Origin: Trichodelitschia bisporula
Lineage: Eukaryota
Length of the DNA: 64,000 nt
Reading direction: 5' to 3'
Assembly (NCBI GenBank): GCA_010356995.1
Contig: ML996693.1
Location: 930,001 to 994,000, forward strand
A program made the translations under genes and the position numbers. Within the stretch, counting starts at the first letter, position 1. The number at the start of each line of letters is the position of its first letter. The notes under the pieces are model-generated. The model was not told the DNA's origin. It saw only the letters and a program-made list of their open reading frames with translations, and ran no database searches. Positions 1 through 12,530 of this stretch are shown here, piece by piece.

Positions 1-1392
1 GGGAACAAACGCTCCAGCACTTCTTCTTTCGGATAGTCGCTGCCCAGCATAATGGCAATGTACGCCTGCGTTTTAAGTTCCAGAAACAGTGCGCCTTCGG
101 ATTTCAGCAACCGCGATCCGGTTGGCATGAAGATGTCCAGAAACGCTTCATTGAGCTCCAAGAATGGCACATCCTGCCCGCGGAACACACATGCAACGAA
201 CGAAGCTAGATTGGCGCGCCGCAGCGTGCGCGTAGCCCCGGGAGGTGCCGCTGCACCGCCCAGATTCAGTGCGCTCGGCGAGAGAAACAGCATATCGCGG
301 CCAAAATGGCGCTTCGTCTGCTCGAAGAGCGCTTCGATAGCAGCATACGCCTGACCCTTGCCGCCATCGCCAACAGCACCTGACCCTCCAGCCACCGTGG
401 CCGTGAATCCCGCCACTCCGCCCGTGAGCAGCGTGTCGAGCAGCTGACGCGCCAGATTATCGAGCACAGGCAAGCTCTGTAGCTGCAACACCGGGTCGAC
501 AGTGGGGTAAGGCCATGAGTAGTTGTCAACAGGCGAGGGGTAAACAGAGGTTTGGTCGGGCGGCATGCAGTAGGCCGGCTGCAACTGGCGCGTCAGCACC
601 CCATCGCTGGCGTACGAGCTGATTCCGTTGAGGGAATTGCCGTTCATTTCCATGCCGATTGGGCTTTCAGGTGTCACCGCATCGACGCCGTAATATGGCT
701 CTGGCGGAGCGTGTTGCGCCGCCGCCGCTGCCGCCGCGTACGGGCTGATGTACCCGCCGTTTGCGGACAGCGGCGTACCCGAGTGCACCTCGCCTTGGAT
801 CATGGACCAGTATTGGTGGTGGTAAGGCCCATAGGAGTCTCGATTGTCTTCGAAGGGGCCCTCGGGAGATGCCGTGCGGGGTGTGTGCTGCTGTTGTGCG
901 GTGGAATGGCGGAGCTCCTTGTCAAACGCAAAAAGCTGGTGGTGCGTGAGAGGATTCTCCTTGTCATTCAGCGGCGAGTGGTATGGAGACTTGTAGTCAT
1001 CAAGCGCGGGTGCATGGTGTAGGTGATCGTCGGCGAGGCTGGGGTCTAGATCACTCGTACGGCGTCGCTTTCGAGCGCGTGGATTGAGGTCTAGATCCTG
1101 TTGCTGTTGGTGCTGTTGGTGCTGCTGGTGTTGCTGGTGCTGCTGGTGCTGCTGGTGCTGCTGGTGCTGTTGGTGCTGTTGGTGCTGTTGGGTGGGCGGC
1201 GAGGGCGGCGGGGAATTACGCGCATTCTTCCTGGGGAGCAGGGCTGCGAGGTTAGCGGAGTGGTGGCTGAGACTGTGTTGATGGTTGTGGTTATGATGAG
1301 AATACGGTGATTGGGAGCGAGCTAACGGCATCGACGAATGGACGGAGGGCAGGAGCAATTGAGCCATGATTGAGCATACCGTGAATGTCCAT
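1..1392 (-). CDS. TBF1: Telomere repeat-binding factor Tbf1/TRF-domain protein (runs off window start)
   Basis: Minus-strand translation LQSLPVLDNLARQLL...GQAYAAIEALFEQTKR...LRRANLASFVACVF...FLELNEAFLDIFMPTGSRLLKSEGALFLELKTQAYI matches the fungal TRF domain. ATG at 1392; intron 1379-1244 (GTATGC...GCTAAC...CAG). Confidence 0.82.
1098..1190 (-). repeat. 9-nt coding tandem repeat encoding (QQH)n
   Basis: CARCAGCAC units in frame in exon 2 of the TBF1-like gene. Confidence 0.9.
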
Positions 1393-3829
1393 CCGGTGGG
1401 GGGGGGAGAGAAGAAAGTAAGAGAAGATGTAAGAGGGGAAAGAAGAGAGAAAAGAAGAGAGAAGGAGGGATGAGGGAATAGAAAAGAGAAGAGAAGGAAG
1501 CAACGGCCCTCTAGGCGCGCGCCAGGTTCCCACGAGAATGCAGAGATGGTAAAGAGTAGAGTGGGTTCGGGATTCTGGTAGATGGGAGAGGTCCAGACGG
1601 CCGGTTAAGAAAAGTGATGCAACAAGTTCTCTCAAGCTCTCCCTCCTCTCGGATAGATCTGGCCGATGCCCTAACTAAATCTCTTCGGTGCGGCTTGGCC
1701 TTTAGCGGTAGTGGAGAGGAGCATGGGTAGGTGGTGAGTGCATGTGGATGGGGGAGGGGGAGGGGGAGAGGGAGGGGTAGGAGTAAATAGAGAGAGAGCT
1801 AGGACATGGTGGGGAGACGGAGATACATTGGAGGGAGGGGTGTGAGCAGAGAGAATAGATGGCCTCACGGATCACAACACACGCGATAGATAGACAGAGT
1901 ACGAAGAGAGATGGAATAGATGGATTACTTTAGCACTTGCAGCCAACAGGTCTCACAATCAAGCCACAGGTCAAATTGTCGTCCATCCTAACAAGGCAAT
2001 CAAGTAAGGCAGTGGAGAGTGTCGCAATCAATTCCCTTCTCTTTTCCCCTCCCTGGCTCCCCCATTCTCCTCTTATGCCTTTACTCTCTTATTGCTTCGC
2101 CAGATAAATCATGCACTCTATCCCCCGCGTCCTCCGCTTCAAGCTTTTTTCGCCAATCCACCAGCCCGCCCATCCCCAGCAAGCCAATGGAGCCAAATTC
2201 AGCCAATTCAGCCAATCCCGCTCGCCCCAGCCAGATGTGCAGCCCCGCCGTTTGCTAGTGCGTGCTCTGACTTGTCCTGCTCCGATAGACGTGGAGTAAC
2301 CAGTCCTTGAACTAGTGTACTTCGTGGCGTGCATCTTCCATCTCACGTACATCTAGATGGGAGCATGGGAATACATAGCATGGCATAGCATAGCATGACA
2401 TAGCATTGCCAACCAGTCTATGTGCAGAGACTGTGTGTATAGTGGCCAGTGCAGGCCGTTGTGAGCAAGTGGGCCAACAGTCCTCGACATATACCCGCTG
2501 TACCTCGACCATGCGACAACAAGCAATGACAACAATGCAATTGATCCATCAATACGGACGGAGAAATGCCATGATCTTTCTTCTCGTTGTCAGCGCCTCT
2601 TTCTCTTACGGACAGGAACGTCGTAATCCCACTTCCAACCCGACACATCCCCGCCCGCACCATCTCGCCTCCTCACACACCCACCTCATGGCCCTCATCA
2701 CCACCTTACCCCACCCCACCCACTCACACCGCCGTCTTTATATTGCCCATATCCCCATCCATCCCGCCTTTCCCCAATACCCACTCCTATTATCCCCTCC
2801 GTCCATGCGGCTAGCTCCCGCACGTATATCCTCACCCACATACCTCCATTCCCCGCCCTCCATATCCGGCCCAACACGCCGTGACAACTTCACCCCGCTC
2901 CTACCCGTCCGCGGCCGAGGAATCCAGCAGCAATATACCGCATACAACCTCCAGAACCGTGCGCCCCCCTCCTCGCCGACAATCCTCGCCCATCCATCCC
3001 GTTGCGTCCTCTGCCGCTTCTCCCATCCTTCTCCTCCCATCTGCCCATCTCACCCCTCCCCCGCAGAAACCCACCCACCACGCACACCCCCTCCAAACCC
3101 GGGGAACTTCCCCGTCCCCCACGTCCCTTCCCCCCATCACCAGCGCAGAGACATCGTTCGCAGCTGGAATCCGGCGCAAATGCCCTATCTCCGCCCATCT
3201 GCCCTCACCCATTTTGCTGCCCTCAGATCTCCAGGTACCAGCCGTATCTCGACCTCTAGCCCGCAATGAACGACAGCAGGGCAGCGTGTTCGCGCGCACG
3301 GCAAAGCCGTTCACAGGGCAAAATAGGTCTCAAGACACGAGACATAGGCACGAGACACGCCCTCAACCACCCGCATAAAGAGCCACCGCCTCCACCCGTC
3401 GCACCGCGGCATCCCTCAATCCCTCCCGCAGCTGACGCCCGGAGGCAGTACTACCGCCAATCCCCCGTCCTCCACACACGCAAAATCCCGCTACGCACTG
3501 AAAAAAAAACTTGTTTAGACACCTACGGCTTGCTCCACCCCCTCCCCCATTTACCAGTACACCTCGCTTCCAGCCCGCCCGAGGCTTGCCGGCATCGCGC
3601 CTCGCCCCGTGTCTCTCCGCAAAAAAAGCACGCTGCCCACGTGCCAATCTCACCCATCCCAGTGCAGTTCCCGACTGGCGCACGAGCCGCCTACCCCAGC
3701 CGGCATCGCACCACGTTTAATATCGCCTCCATATCTCCGTAACAAGCTGGGCACTCCCCCTTCATCTATCCCCACAGTCATTCCCACACTGATCCCTGCG
3801 CCCGATGCCCCTGGCCCCCTGTCGGCTAA

Positions 3830-5393
3830 TCACGTGCTCCCGGGTCCGCCGAGCAGCGCAAACCGCCGCACGATGCTCGGGCCGATTTCGTCGTACTCGG
3901 CTTTAGTGTGGCAGTAGCTGCGGAACTCGGGCGTCTGGCCAAGCAAGCTGCCGCCAAACCACGGACCATGCCGCTGCCGCCGGTGAGTAATCACCTGCAC
4001 TTCTAGGCCACCACTCTTGGCACCGCCGCTCTTGACCTCGCTAGCGCGGATACGCGCGTCCACCAGGTGCCGAATGTCGCGCTGCAACCGCCGGCCAAAG
4101 TCCTTGTACAGCGTTGAACCACCGGAGAGCACAATGTTCTTGTAGAGGCCGCGGCGCACGTCAATGGGGGACGTCTGGATAACAGTGTCGACGATGGTAG
4201 GCAGCGGGGTCAAGAAGTCGGACGAATAGATTTCGGGGTTGAAGAAAATCTCCGGCGCCAGGAAGCGCTCGTAGCCCACATCCACCTGCACCGAGCGCCC
4301 GTTGGGGTACGTCACCGTGTGCTTGGCGAAGCGGTCAGGCTCGCGGTCGAAACGCGAGAACTCCTTCACAATATCCGGTGATACGTAGCAGAACTCCTCC
4401 TTGATGCGCTCGGCGGTCTTCAGGCTGCTGTCGGGCTCGCCACGGTCGCGCAGCAGTGACTGCACGAAATACGTGATGTCGCGACCGGCAATGGGCACTG
4501 ACTTGATCGACGAACCGATCACATAGCCTTCGGCCACCGGAATGACGTGCGTGACACCCTCGCCGGAGTCGATGACTGTCCCTGTGAGCGAGCGATCCTG
4601 GACCTTGGACGAAGTCCATGACGCTGCAAGAGCGAGGACGGCTTGTACAGCAATGTACAACCCGGCGCAGTTGAAGGACTCGAAGAAGATTTCGGCAGTG
4701 TTCTCGCGGTTCTCAGGTGGGTTAAGGGGCTGGCGGAGCGGTTAGAATGGGGGCATGGCTGAGGGGCGGCTGACGGGAACAGCGAGGGCGGCTCACCGGC
4801 TCAGTGAGAAGGAAGTAGTGGTCTTCAGGTTCAACGCGGAGGTACTTGAAGATAGAGTTGGACCAGAAACGTTCCATCAAGTCCTGACGCTGTTAGCAAA
4901 GTCAGACCAGTATAAGATCACGTACCCAGTTCTCTATTTGGCCGTGCCGGATGGGATAGTGTAATCCGTAGCCTGCTTGTTAGCCCAGCCTCGTGCATTG
5001 CATCGCTGACAAGATTACCTGGGCCTGCTGACGCCGCCAGAGCCTCGTCACCAATGAAGAAGTCGAGGTCCTCCGTTCCCCTCTTCATCGACAGATGACT
5101 ACCCGGTCCCGCGCCACCCGTCAAAAACGATGGCTTGTTCGCGACGGCCGGCCTTCCAGAGCCTGAACCTCCAGTCCCACCTCCCTGGCTTTTGGTCGCA
5201 ATTGCGGTGGGAAAGACGAACGACGGAGAATCATTCCCGGCGAAGCCTAGAGACGTGAGCGCAGCGCAATCAACTGGCAGTCGAATTACCTAGTTTGGAG
5301 TAGCCGGTACCGCTGCGAGCAATTAGTTTGATCCTCTGGCTTTAACTGTGCAGCTTACTTGTCCATGACAACGGCGGGAGTTTGGGGAGCCAT
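3830..5393 (-). CDS. ARP3: Actin-related protein 3 (Arp2/3 complex)
   Basis: Spliced [36 protein letters not shown]...[10 protein letters not shown]...[17 protein letters not shown]...[17 protein letters not shown]...[18 protein letters not shown]. Confidence 0.97.
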
Positions 5394-6311
5394 ATTGGCT
5401 AGTACCCGCAGCGCTTTCTACCAGAGGAAGCAAGAAGGAGCTGCAGAGTTGCAATAAGGGTTAGCCAGGCGAAATGGCCAGATAGAAGTGAGGCAGAGCT
5501 CGAGAAGTTGTGCAGTCAGCTATCACGAACCCCTCGAACCGGTGACGCCTGTGGTGGAGGTGCTTGCTCGCTGGCAGGTTATTCCGGTCCGCACCCCGCA
5601 GATCCCCGGAGCCAGCCGAACTCTGGTGGGACCAAACTCAAAGAGGAGAAAGTGTGAATGCCCTCATCGTGAGTTCTTGTCACTCCCCAGTAGAAAGACT
5701 GTATCACGGTAGATGGGGGCGGAAGACGGACAGCAATCCAATTGCTTGCTCTGGGTGGTGTTTGGTCTCCGCTTTTTGCTCGCTTTCACCCTGTCCACGA
5801 TGACCGTCCAGTCGTTCCTCCCTATTTCTGGCGACTCTTGCCTCCAGTCTGAACTGTAGACCCGTCTCTCCTACAAAAACCATGACATCTCCAGTCTCAA
5901 CGCCTCCTCCCCTCGCATACCTACATTTTTGCCTTCAGCGCGTGGCCTCTACAGTATCTCTTCGCCTGTTTAGGACGTCGCCTTCCCTTGCTTCAACATT
6001 TTTGCAACGGCCGTGGTCAATCTTCACTCCTTTCCCACTGAGCCGCAGCCTCAGCTTGTCCCTATTCACTCCGTATGCAAACTTTCCATGAGTGCCAAGG
6101 CGATATCACTGTAAAGCAACATCTTACCTAGACAATACCGCAGGATCCGGCCCAGTCACGATTTCGCCTTTGCATCCTCAACACGGCGACGACGCAGAAC
6201 CACAACCCCGCAACCCTACCACCCGCGTTACTCAACATCCCCGTGCAAGACCGCTATCCATTGCGCCCACGTCCCGGTAGAAGCAGCACATTCCGTACCG
6301 TAGCTTCCGCC

Positions 6312-8047
6312 ATGGCTGACACTGCGGCCGGTCTGGGCCTCAAACACCGTCACGGGAAAAGTGAACTATGCGCAATCTTCGTCCACGCGGGCGCTGGCTT
6401 TCACAGCACGGCAAATGAACACGTTCATCTCGAGGCTTGCCACAGGTAATTTCATTCAGTCTGCTATCCCGTAATCAGTTCTAACGGAATCAGTGCTTCT
6501 CAGCTCGCGATGGCGGTGTTGAAGAGCGGCGGAAGTGCGGTAGATGCCGTTGAGATTGCTGTCAAGGTCCTCGAAGATCGCGAGATCACCAACGCCGGCT
6601 ATGGCAGCAACCTTTCTATGGACGGAGTAGTCGAATGCGATGCTCTAGTTGTCGACCACATGGGGCGCAGCGGCGGAGTTGGTGCCATTGTTCGTAGGTG
6701 TTTTCCCCGACTTATCACGGCATTGCTGACCCGTGTAGAAGTCAAGAATCCCGTCATGGCAGCTCGACAAGTCTTAGAGCGCAGCACACATCCTCTCTCT
6801 CTTCGCCGTGTGCCGCCAAACCTTTTGGTCGGCCAGGGTGCAACCGACTTTGCGTTCGAGGTTGGGATCCCTCTAGCTCCGCATGATGCCTTGGTCTCTC
6901 CAGCAGCCCGCGACCGCTGGATTCGCTGGCGCGCCGACCTTCAGGAGGCCGAGCAGAGGCTTCGTCAAAAGGGCCTTGACTCTCCTTCCATCGCCAGTGC
7001 CTGCACGAATCCGCTTCAGCGCGATATCGAAATCAATCGCGCCCGCGAGTCGCACACGAGGAGTCTGAAGCGCTCGGCATCAACAAGCAGACAGAGCTCC
7101 ATGAGTAGCCAGGCTGCGGCAGATTCTCGCGCTCTGGCGCAAGCCAGGGCCATTCACGAAGCCTCAATGAACCCGCTGATCAACAGTTCCCAAGTCCTTC
7201 CGACGCAGCAGAGCCTTGCAGAAGCTAGTGAGAGTTCGCTCACCGACTCATCATTTCCACCATTGCCTTCATTGACGCCTTCTCCGGTCAACAAGGCTGA
7301 TCGGACGCCGTCGTCGCCGGTTAGTCGGCTCAATCTCGACGCTGCACCCATTGGCCCTGCGCCCCAACAAGACAATATCACTGACACTGTGGGTGCCATT
7401 GCGGTTGATTCGTACGGCAACATCGCGTGTGCAGCATCCTCGGGTGGCATCGGCATGAAGCATCGCGGCCGTGTCGGCCCAGCTGCTCTCGTTGGCGTCG
7501 GCGCTGCTGTCATTCCTATTAACCCGAACGATAGCGGTAAGAACTGCATCGCTGCTGTCACCAGTGGGACTGGGGAGCACATGGCTACCACTCTGGCGTC
7601 AGCTCTCTGCGCGGATCGCCTGTACACACAACAGAAGCGGACGGATCGTGGCACCTTTGAGCATGCTGGCGATGATGACATCATGCGCGCATTCATTGAG
7701 CGAGACTTTATGGGTGCGTCAAGTTCATGTACGGTTGGATACTGCTAACTGCTTCAGCGCATCCGAGTGTCAAAAACAGCACTTCCACTGGGGCTATTGG
7801 CATATTGACCGTTCGGAAGAACAAGAGTGGTATCTGGCTCTACTATGCCCATAATACCGACTCCTTCGTACGTCTTATTCTGCTGAAAAGAGTTTCGCTA
7901 ACTTCTTAGGCGATGGCTTCCATGGGCAGTGAAGACCTCGAACCCCATCTTACCATGTCCCGCCGTGGGGCGCCTTCGGTAATTGCCAACGGCGGGCGTT
8001 TTATCCGTCGTCGCCGCGAGAAGAAGGTAAAAACGTCGCAAAGCTAG
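6312..8047 (+). CDS. Threonine aspartase (taspase-1)/type 2 asparaginase family Ntn-hydrolase
   Basis: AIFVHAGAG, AVKVLEDREITNAGYGSNL, autocleavage motif D|TVGAIAVD, SSGGIGMKHRGRVGPAA, TSGTGE. Several short introns; stop at 8047; start codon uncertain. Confidence 0.9.
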
Positions 8048-8311
8048 GCCAGACACTCGACACTTTTCTCTTTGCTTGGACATACCCTAATGGTCCCGCG
8101 CCCCCTACGTTTTTGACACTTTTGGTTCTCTTAACGCCGCTCTCTGGGTCTTGGGTACCGGTATGGCACAGCTTGCTGAATTTGGGTCGTACGTTGGTGT
8201 TCATCAGCTGAATTTGTGTAGGACGAGGAGTGTGAGGAAGACTGTGATGAGTGTGCTAAGAGCAATGATGAAGGTGGGCGCTCCAGCAGCCATCTCTCGT
8301 GTAACGTGTCC

Positions 8312-8836
8312 ATGGATCATTCCTCGAATGACGGGACCATGGATGGTGCTGACTCCTCCGATGAGAGCAGCGAGAAACTCTCCTTCACCCTCTACTTTGA
8401 CGAGGATGGCCGATTCCTCGGCTCTTCCGACAAATCTAACGACAGCGAGAAACCCCCCTTCACCCTCTACTTTGACGAAGATGGCAAATTACTCGGCACT
8501 TCCGACAAATCTGACGACTTTTACCTAGAGCCGCCCGACGACCTTAACGCCAGCACGCCCGACGAACCTCCCAACACAATCCCTGACAGCGACGTCAAGC
8601 TCCTCAAGTATCTTACCGCCAAGGGTCACATACGTATTATCTCCAGCAAGCCCGACGAACCTGACGACGACAGCCCTGAACGCGGTGTGGCAGAGGACTC
8701 TAAAGTCGATGATCTCCGGCACCTCGTCGACTACCTTAACAGCAAAGGCTTTGTACCCCCTGACTGCGACTGGGAGACGGAAAAGCAACTTCTGGCAAAC
8801 TACCTTGAGCGCCATAAGTTCTCGCTTACCAAATAA
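8312..8836 (+). CDS. Hypothetical acidic protein with internal 25-aa duplication
   Basis: Open frame with protein-like composition; 75-nt duplicated unit (SEKxxFTLYFDEDGxxLGxSDKS). True 5' end uncertain. Confidence 0.45.
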   Translation: MDHSSNDGTMDGADSSDESSEKLSFTLYFDEDGRFLGSSDKSNDSEKPPFTLYFDEDGKLLGTSDKSDDFYLEPPDDLNASTPDEPPNTIPDSDVKLLKYLTAKGHIRIISSKPDEPDDDSPERGVAEDSKVDDLRHLVDYLNSKGFVPPDCDWETEKQLLANYLERHKFSLTK

Positions 8837-9777
8837 GATCTCGAGAAGGCTCACTCAGGATTTGGATGGGCTCAGTAACTATCCACGTCTCTGCAGATGG
8901 TCAAGTTGAACATTCCGGCAGGCAAATCTTTGGCGTGCTGGATACTGGGGTCGCGCAGGTTGGCTCTTGCGATGGATGCATGGCGCTTTATGGCGAGAAA
9001 CTAGTGGTCAAATGCTTTCTACCCTAGATCATACTCCCTCCTTTGCTGTATCGCTACAGCACTGAATTTGAAGAACCAACTTCGGTTGATGATGATGCGT
9101 AAATAGTGCATGTGCTGGGATGCAACCCCTGGGCTGCAAGGCTGTACTTGCTGCGCGTTGACTGGCTCTTGCTCGGCCGCCAAGATAATTTGTTAACATC
9201 GCTTCCTTGATGCTCAACTGCAGGGAAACTTAACATTAACTCAGAGTACTTGAAACCTGAAGTCCGATAAATTCTGTGTGAAGTATGTGCAGCAATGGAA
9301 ACGGTCATAGGCTTCGTCCAAGTGGTCAGTCAAGGCAACGACCGTCTTAGCACCCTAAGGTTGAGAACCCCCAGTCTCCGCGATGTCACCGGCGGGGGCG
9401 GCGCCTGCTGCTTGATTCCATTTGAGAATCTGAGCTATTAGCCTTCTGTCGTTTTGAGCCTGCCGTTGAAGGAGTGTACGTAGTAACCTAAGCGTCTGCT
9501 GAAGAAAGAGGTGAGAATGAAGTGCTTGTGTGCAAGGGGAGGCATGTCCATACCCGTAGCTTTATAGGAGAAGAAGGCAATCATGGTTGCTCTTTAGCCC
9601 CATCATGGACATCGAGTCCTGTTTTTGTCTGTTGACTTCCTATTGAAAGTGTTTATGCGTATTCCAACACGGAAGGGACCATATGAATGCGCAGTCATGT
9701 GTAGTCATTCATCCAAGAACCGTTACCACCACTCGGGTCCTTAGGCCCCCTCTCATCCCATCTTCTTTCCCCCAGTC

Positions 9778-9841
9778 CCCCGACCTCAGAGCACTCCTCA
9801 GACAATGCCCCGACCTCTGGGCACTCCTCAGGCAGCACCCC
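9778..9841. repeat. 30-bp tandem repeat running into an assembly gap
   Basis: ccccgacctcagagcactcctcagacaatg / ccccgacctctgggcactcctcaggcagca, immediately followed by Ns. Confidence 0.75.
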
Positions 9842-9913
9842 NNNNNNNNNNNNNNNNNNNNNNNNNNNNNNNNNNNNNNNNNNNNNNNNNNNNNNNAGAA
9901 CTCAATTGCAGAG

Positions 9914-10005
9914 GCAGTAGTGGTTAAGTGGTACCCACTTTGCTGTTGCACCGCTGGGGCTCGCTCACAAGCAACGCATCCTGCGTTCGAAACCCAGGGG
10001 TAACA
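9914..10005 (+). other. tRNA-like Pol III element (tRNA pseudogene or SINE head)
   Basis: A-box-like TGGTTAAGTGG at 9921-9931; B-box GTTCGAAACC at 9985-9994 inside a T-arm CTGCG-TTCGAAA-CCCAG; acceptor stem does not pair. Confidence 0.55.
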
Positions 10006-10345
10006 AATTCATTTTCAGGTCACAGAAATGGTGCCCCCCACCCTCGTAACCCCCTGACCATGATACCACACATAGCAGGTAGTCAGTCTCTGCTGTTAAA
10101 ACCCCATTGATGTTCTGAATGGGCAAGAGCCCCTAAGCACTGACGCTGATGCGGAGTTTTCGTAGTTCTACCTTGCCTGTCCCAGCAGGTCGGAACGAGC
10201 TTTTTGGTGTTTTGAGGGTTGGAGGGTTAGTACTTCTTCTTCACGCGCTACGATCGAATGCCTTTTTGTGCAGCACCAATCACCCTTTGCTCACACTGGC
10301 GCCGCATATGTGAACTGCCTCCGACTCTTCTTGCCTCTGACATCT

Positions 10346-10612
10346 CCGACAACACAGACAGCTATCTCGGTGTTCAGCCATACCCACAAACATCTTCCTC
10401 CGCCTTATCTCTCCCAACCCCACCACCACGACATGAAACCGCCTTCTGCTATCTCTCCGCTCCATACGCAGACACATTTCCTACCTCCATCACCGTCGAC
10501 AGCTAACACAGCTATATTGACCCTCAGCCAACCCCACAAATCATTCCCTCCACCTCATCCCCTCAAACACCATCTCTAAAGTAAAAGTCCCCTCTGCTAT
10601 CTCTCAGCGCCA
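10346..10612. repeat. Diverged ~150-bp direct repeat (2 copies)
   Basis: Colinear shared words acagctat, tcagcca-cccacaaa, tctgctatctctc in both copies. Confidence 0.6.
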
Positions 10613-10676
10613 AACGAATCCACATCACATCTAGGACACGAAGAACCAACAACCACAACCATCACCAGTCCCCTAA

Positions 10677-12530
10677 AAAGCGCCCTCTTCTTCAGCAGCC
10701 CACACTAGGCGAGCCCATCGATGAAAAGAGAAGCCGAAGGCTGACCATCAAATATTGTGCCAGTGAACCCCTATATGAGGTGCATACCGAACGGACTTCT
10801 CCCATATTGTGCAATGCGGGGAGACCGGCGGCAAGCTTTCCGCCTTCGTGGGCGCGGAGAGCTCTGACAAAAAAGTGTATGAGGAGGAGAGAAAGAGGAG
10901 AAGAGGGGAGGAGGGCGGTACTTATACCCTCCTCGCGGGGACGGCCGGCTGATGAGAGAAGCAACGAGGGATTCGCCGGCGATACTGGGAGGGAAGGGGG
11001 GGCCTTTGGGGGGGAGGTGCTTAAGAGTCTTGAAGAGAGCAACTTCCGGCTCACGAAGGCAATCTGCTATTAACAGATCTGAATGGCCTCGTGTTGATGT
11101 AGACTTGAGGGAGCATTACTGGACAGGAAAGAGCAGAGTATGCATGATGTGATGTGCACTAATGGGAGGAAGGAGCATCGGACATCGTGCATCCATTTTT
11201 GAGCGTTTCTCAACTCTCTTCTCTTCTTTATCTCTCATCAAACTCTTCACTTGAAATGGTAGCCATGGCACTCGTCAAGTCTATGCTTCCATTATAAGCA
11301 GCCACGCATGATTTCAGAAACAAAACACCAACACTCCCACCCAGCCGCCCTCCCTATCAAGCGCCCTCTTCGTCAACAGCCCGCACAAGGCGAACTCATT
11401 GATGAAAAGAGAAGCCGAAGCAGTAGACCATCAAAAATTGCGCCAGTAGAACCCCGGGATGGGGGCCTATACTCGGACCTCTCCCACGCTGTGCAATGCA
11501 GGGAGACCCGAGGCAAGCTTTCCGCCTTCATGAGCGCGGATAGGCTCTGACAGTCAGAATGGAGAGAAGAGGAAGAGGAGAAGGGTCGCAGAGGGTGGTA
11601 CTTATAGCTCCTCGCAGAGACGGTCGGATGGTTTGGGGGATTAACGGAGTGTTTCTCCGGCTCGAAGGGGAGGGTAGGCGTTGGACGCTGGTACAGAAGG
11701 TGTTGAGGCCGGGGGAGAAGTCGTTGACGCTACGGGGGAAGGTATTGGCCCTTGGGGAGAAGGTGTCGACGCCGGGGGAGAAGGTGTGGATGTTAGAAGG
11801 GGAATTAATGGAAGCAAATATTCACACATGCGAAGGGTACGGTGTGAAGTGAAGATTGAGAAAAAGACAGCAAAAGGAAGAGAGTCGTGAGGTTCTCAAG
11901 AACAGATCAAGATGCTTCCCGATGCTCCTTTCTTCAACCACGAGCACGTCGTCGTTGTCTGTCTCAGGCGTACGCATATCAAGACATGTGCGCCTTCCCC
12001 AAGAGAGGTATGTCCCTCCCAAAGCAAATGACGTTATGCTGCCTTAAAATCATACCTATACAAATGCCTCGATCCCTCGTCCACCAACATCAACTCTTCC
12101 TCAGCGTCCCGCACAAGGCGAACCCATTGATGAAAAGAGAAGCCGAAGCAGCAGACCATCAAAAATTGCGCCAGTAGAGCCCCGGGATGGAGGCCTATAC
12201 CCGGACCTCTCCCACGCTGTGCAATGCGGGGAGACCGGCGGCAAGCTTTCCGCCTTCTTGAGCACGGATAAGCTCTGACAAATAGAATGAGGAGGAGAAG
12301 AAGAGGAGATGTGGGGAGAGGGGCGATACTTATAGCTCCTCGTAGAGAGGGTCAGCTGATGAGGTAAGGTCGGCGAGGGTTGAGGCGGCGATACTGGAGG
12401 GAAGGGGGGGGCTGGGGCGTTTGGGCGTTTGGGCGTGGATGTTGAGGGGAAGATGTTGACGGTTGGAGGAGGGTGAGTGAGAGTCCTGAAGAGAGCTGCT
12501 TCCCACTCGCTCAAAGCATTGTGCTCATAG
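10677..12530 (+). repeat. Three tandem paralogous ~300-400 bp units, ~700 bp period (decayed genes or ncRNA genes)
   Basis: Units start near 10677, 11358 and 12095 and share gatgaaaagagaagccgaag, gaccatcaaa, tgtgcaatgcrgggagacc, ggcaagctttccgccttc, gctctgaca and tacttata. Confidence 0.9.

Noticed and set aside
1084..1310. Cys/Trp-rich (CCW)n and (LLV)n + strand ORFs
   Set aside because: Antisense shadows of the QQH repeat in the TBF1-like gene.
2000..3800. P/H/S-rich ORFs such as 2406-3269
   Set aside because: Explained by C-rich, stop-poor composition; no motifs.
10677..12530. CRISPR array or LTR element
   Set aside because: Eukaryotic context, long diverged units, no spacers, no TG...CA termini and no gag/pol ORFs.
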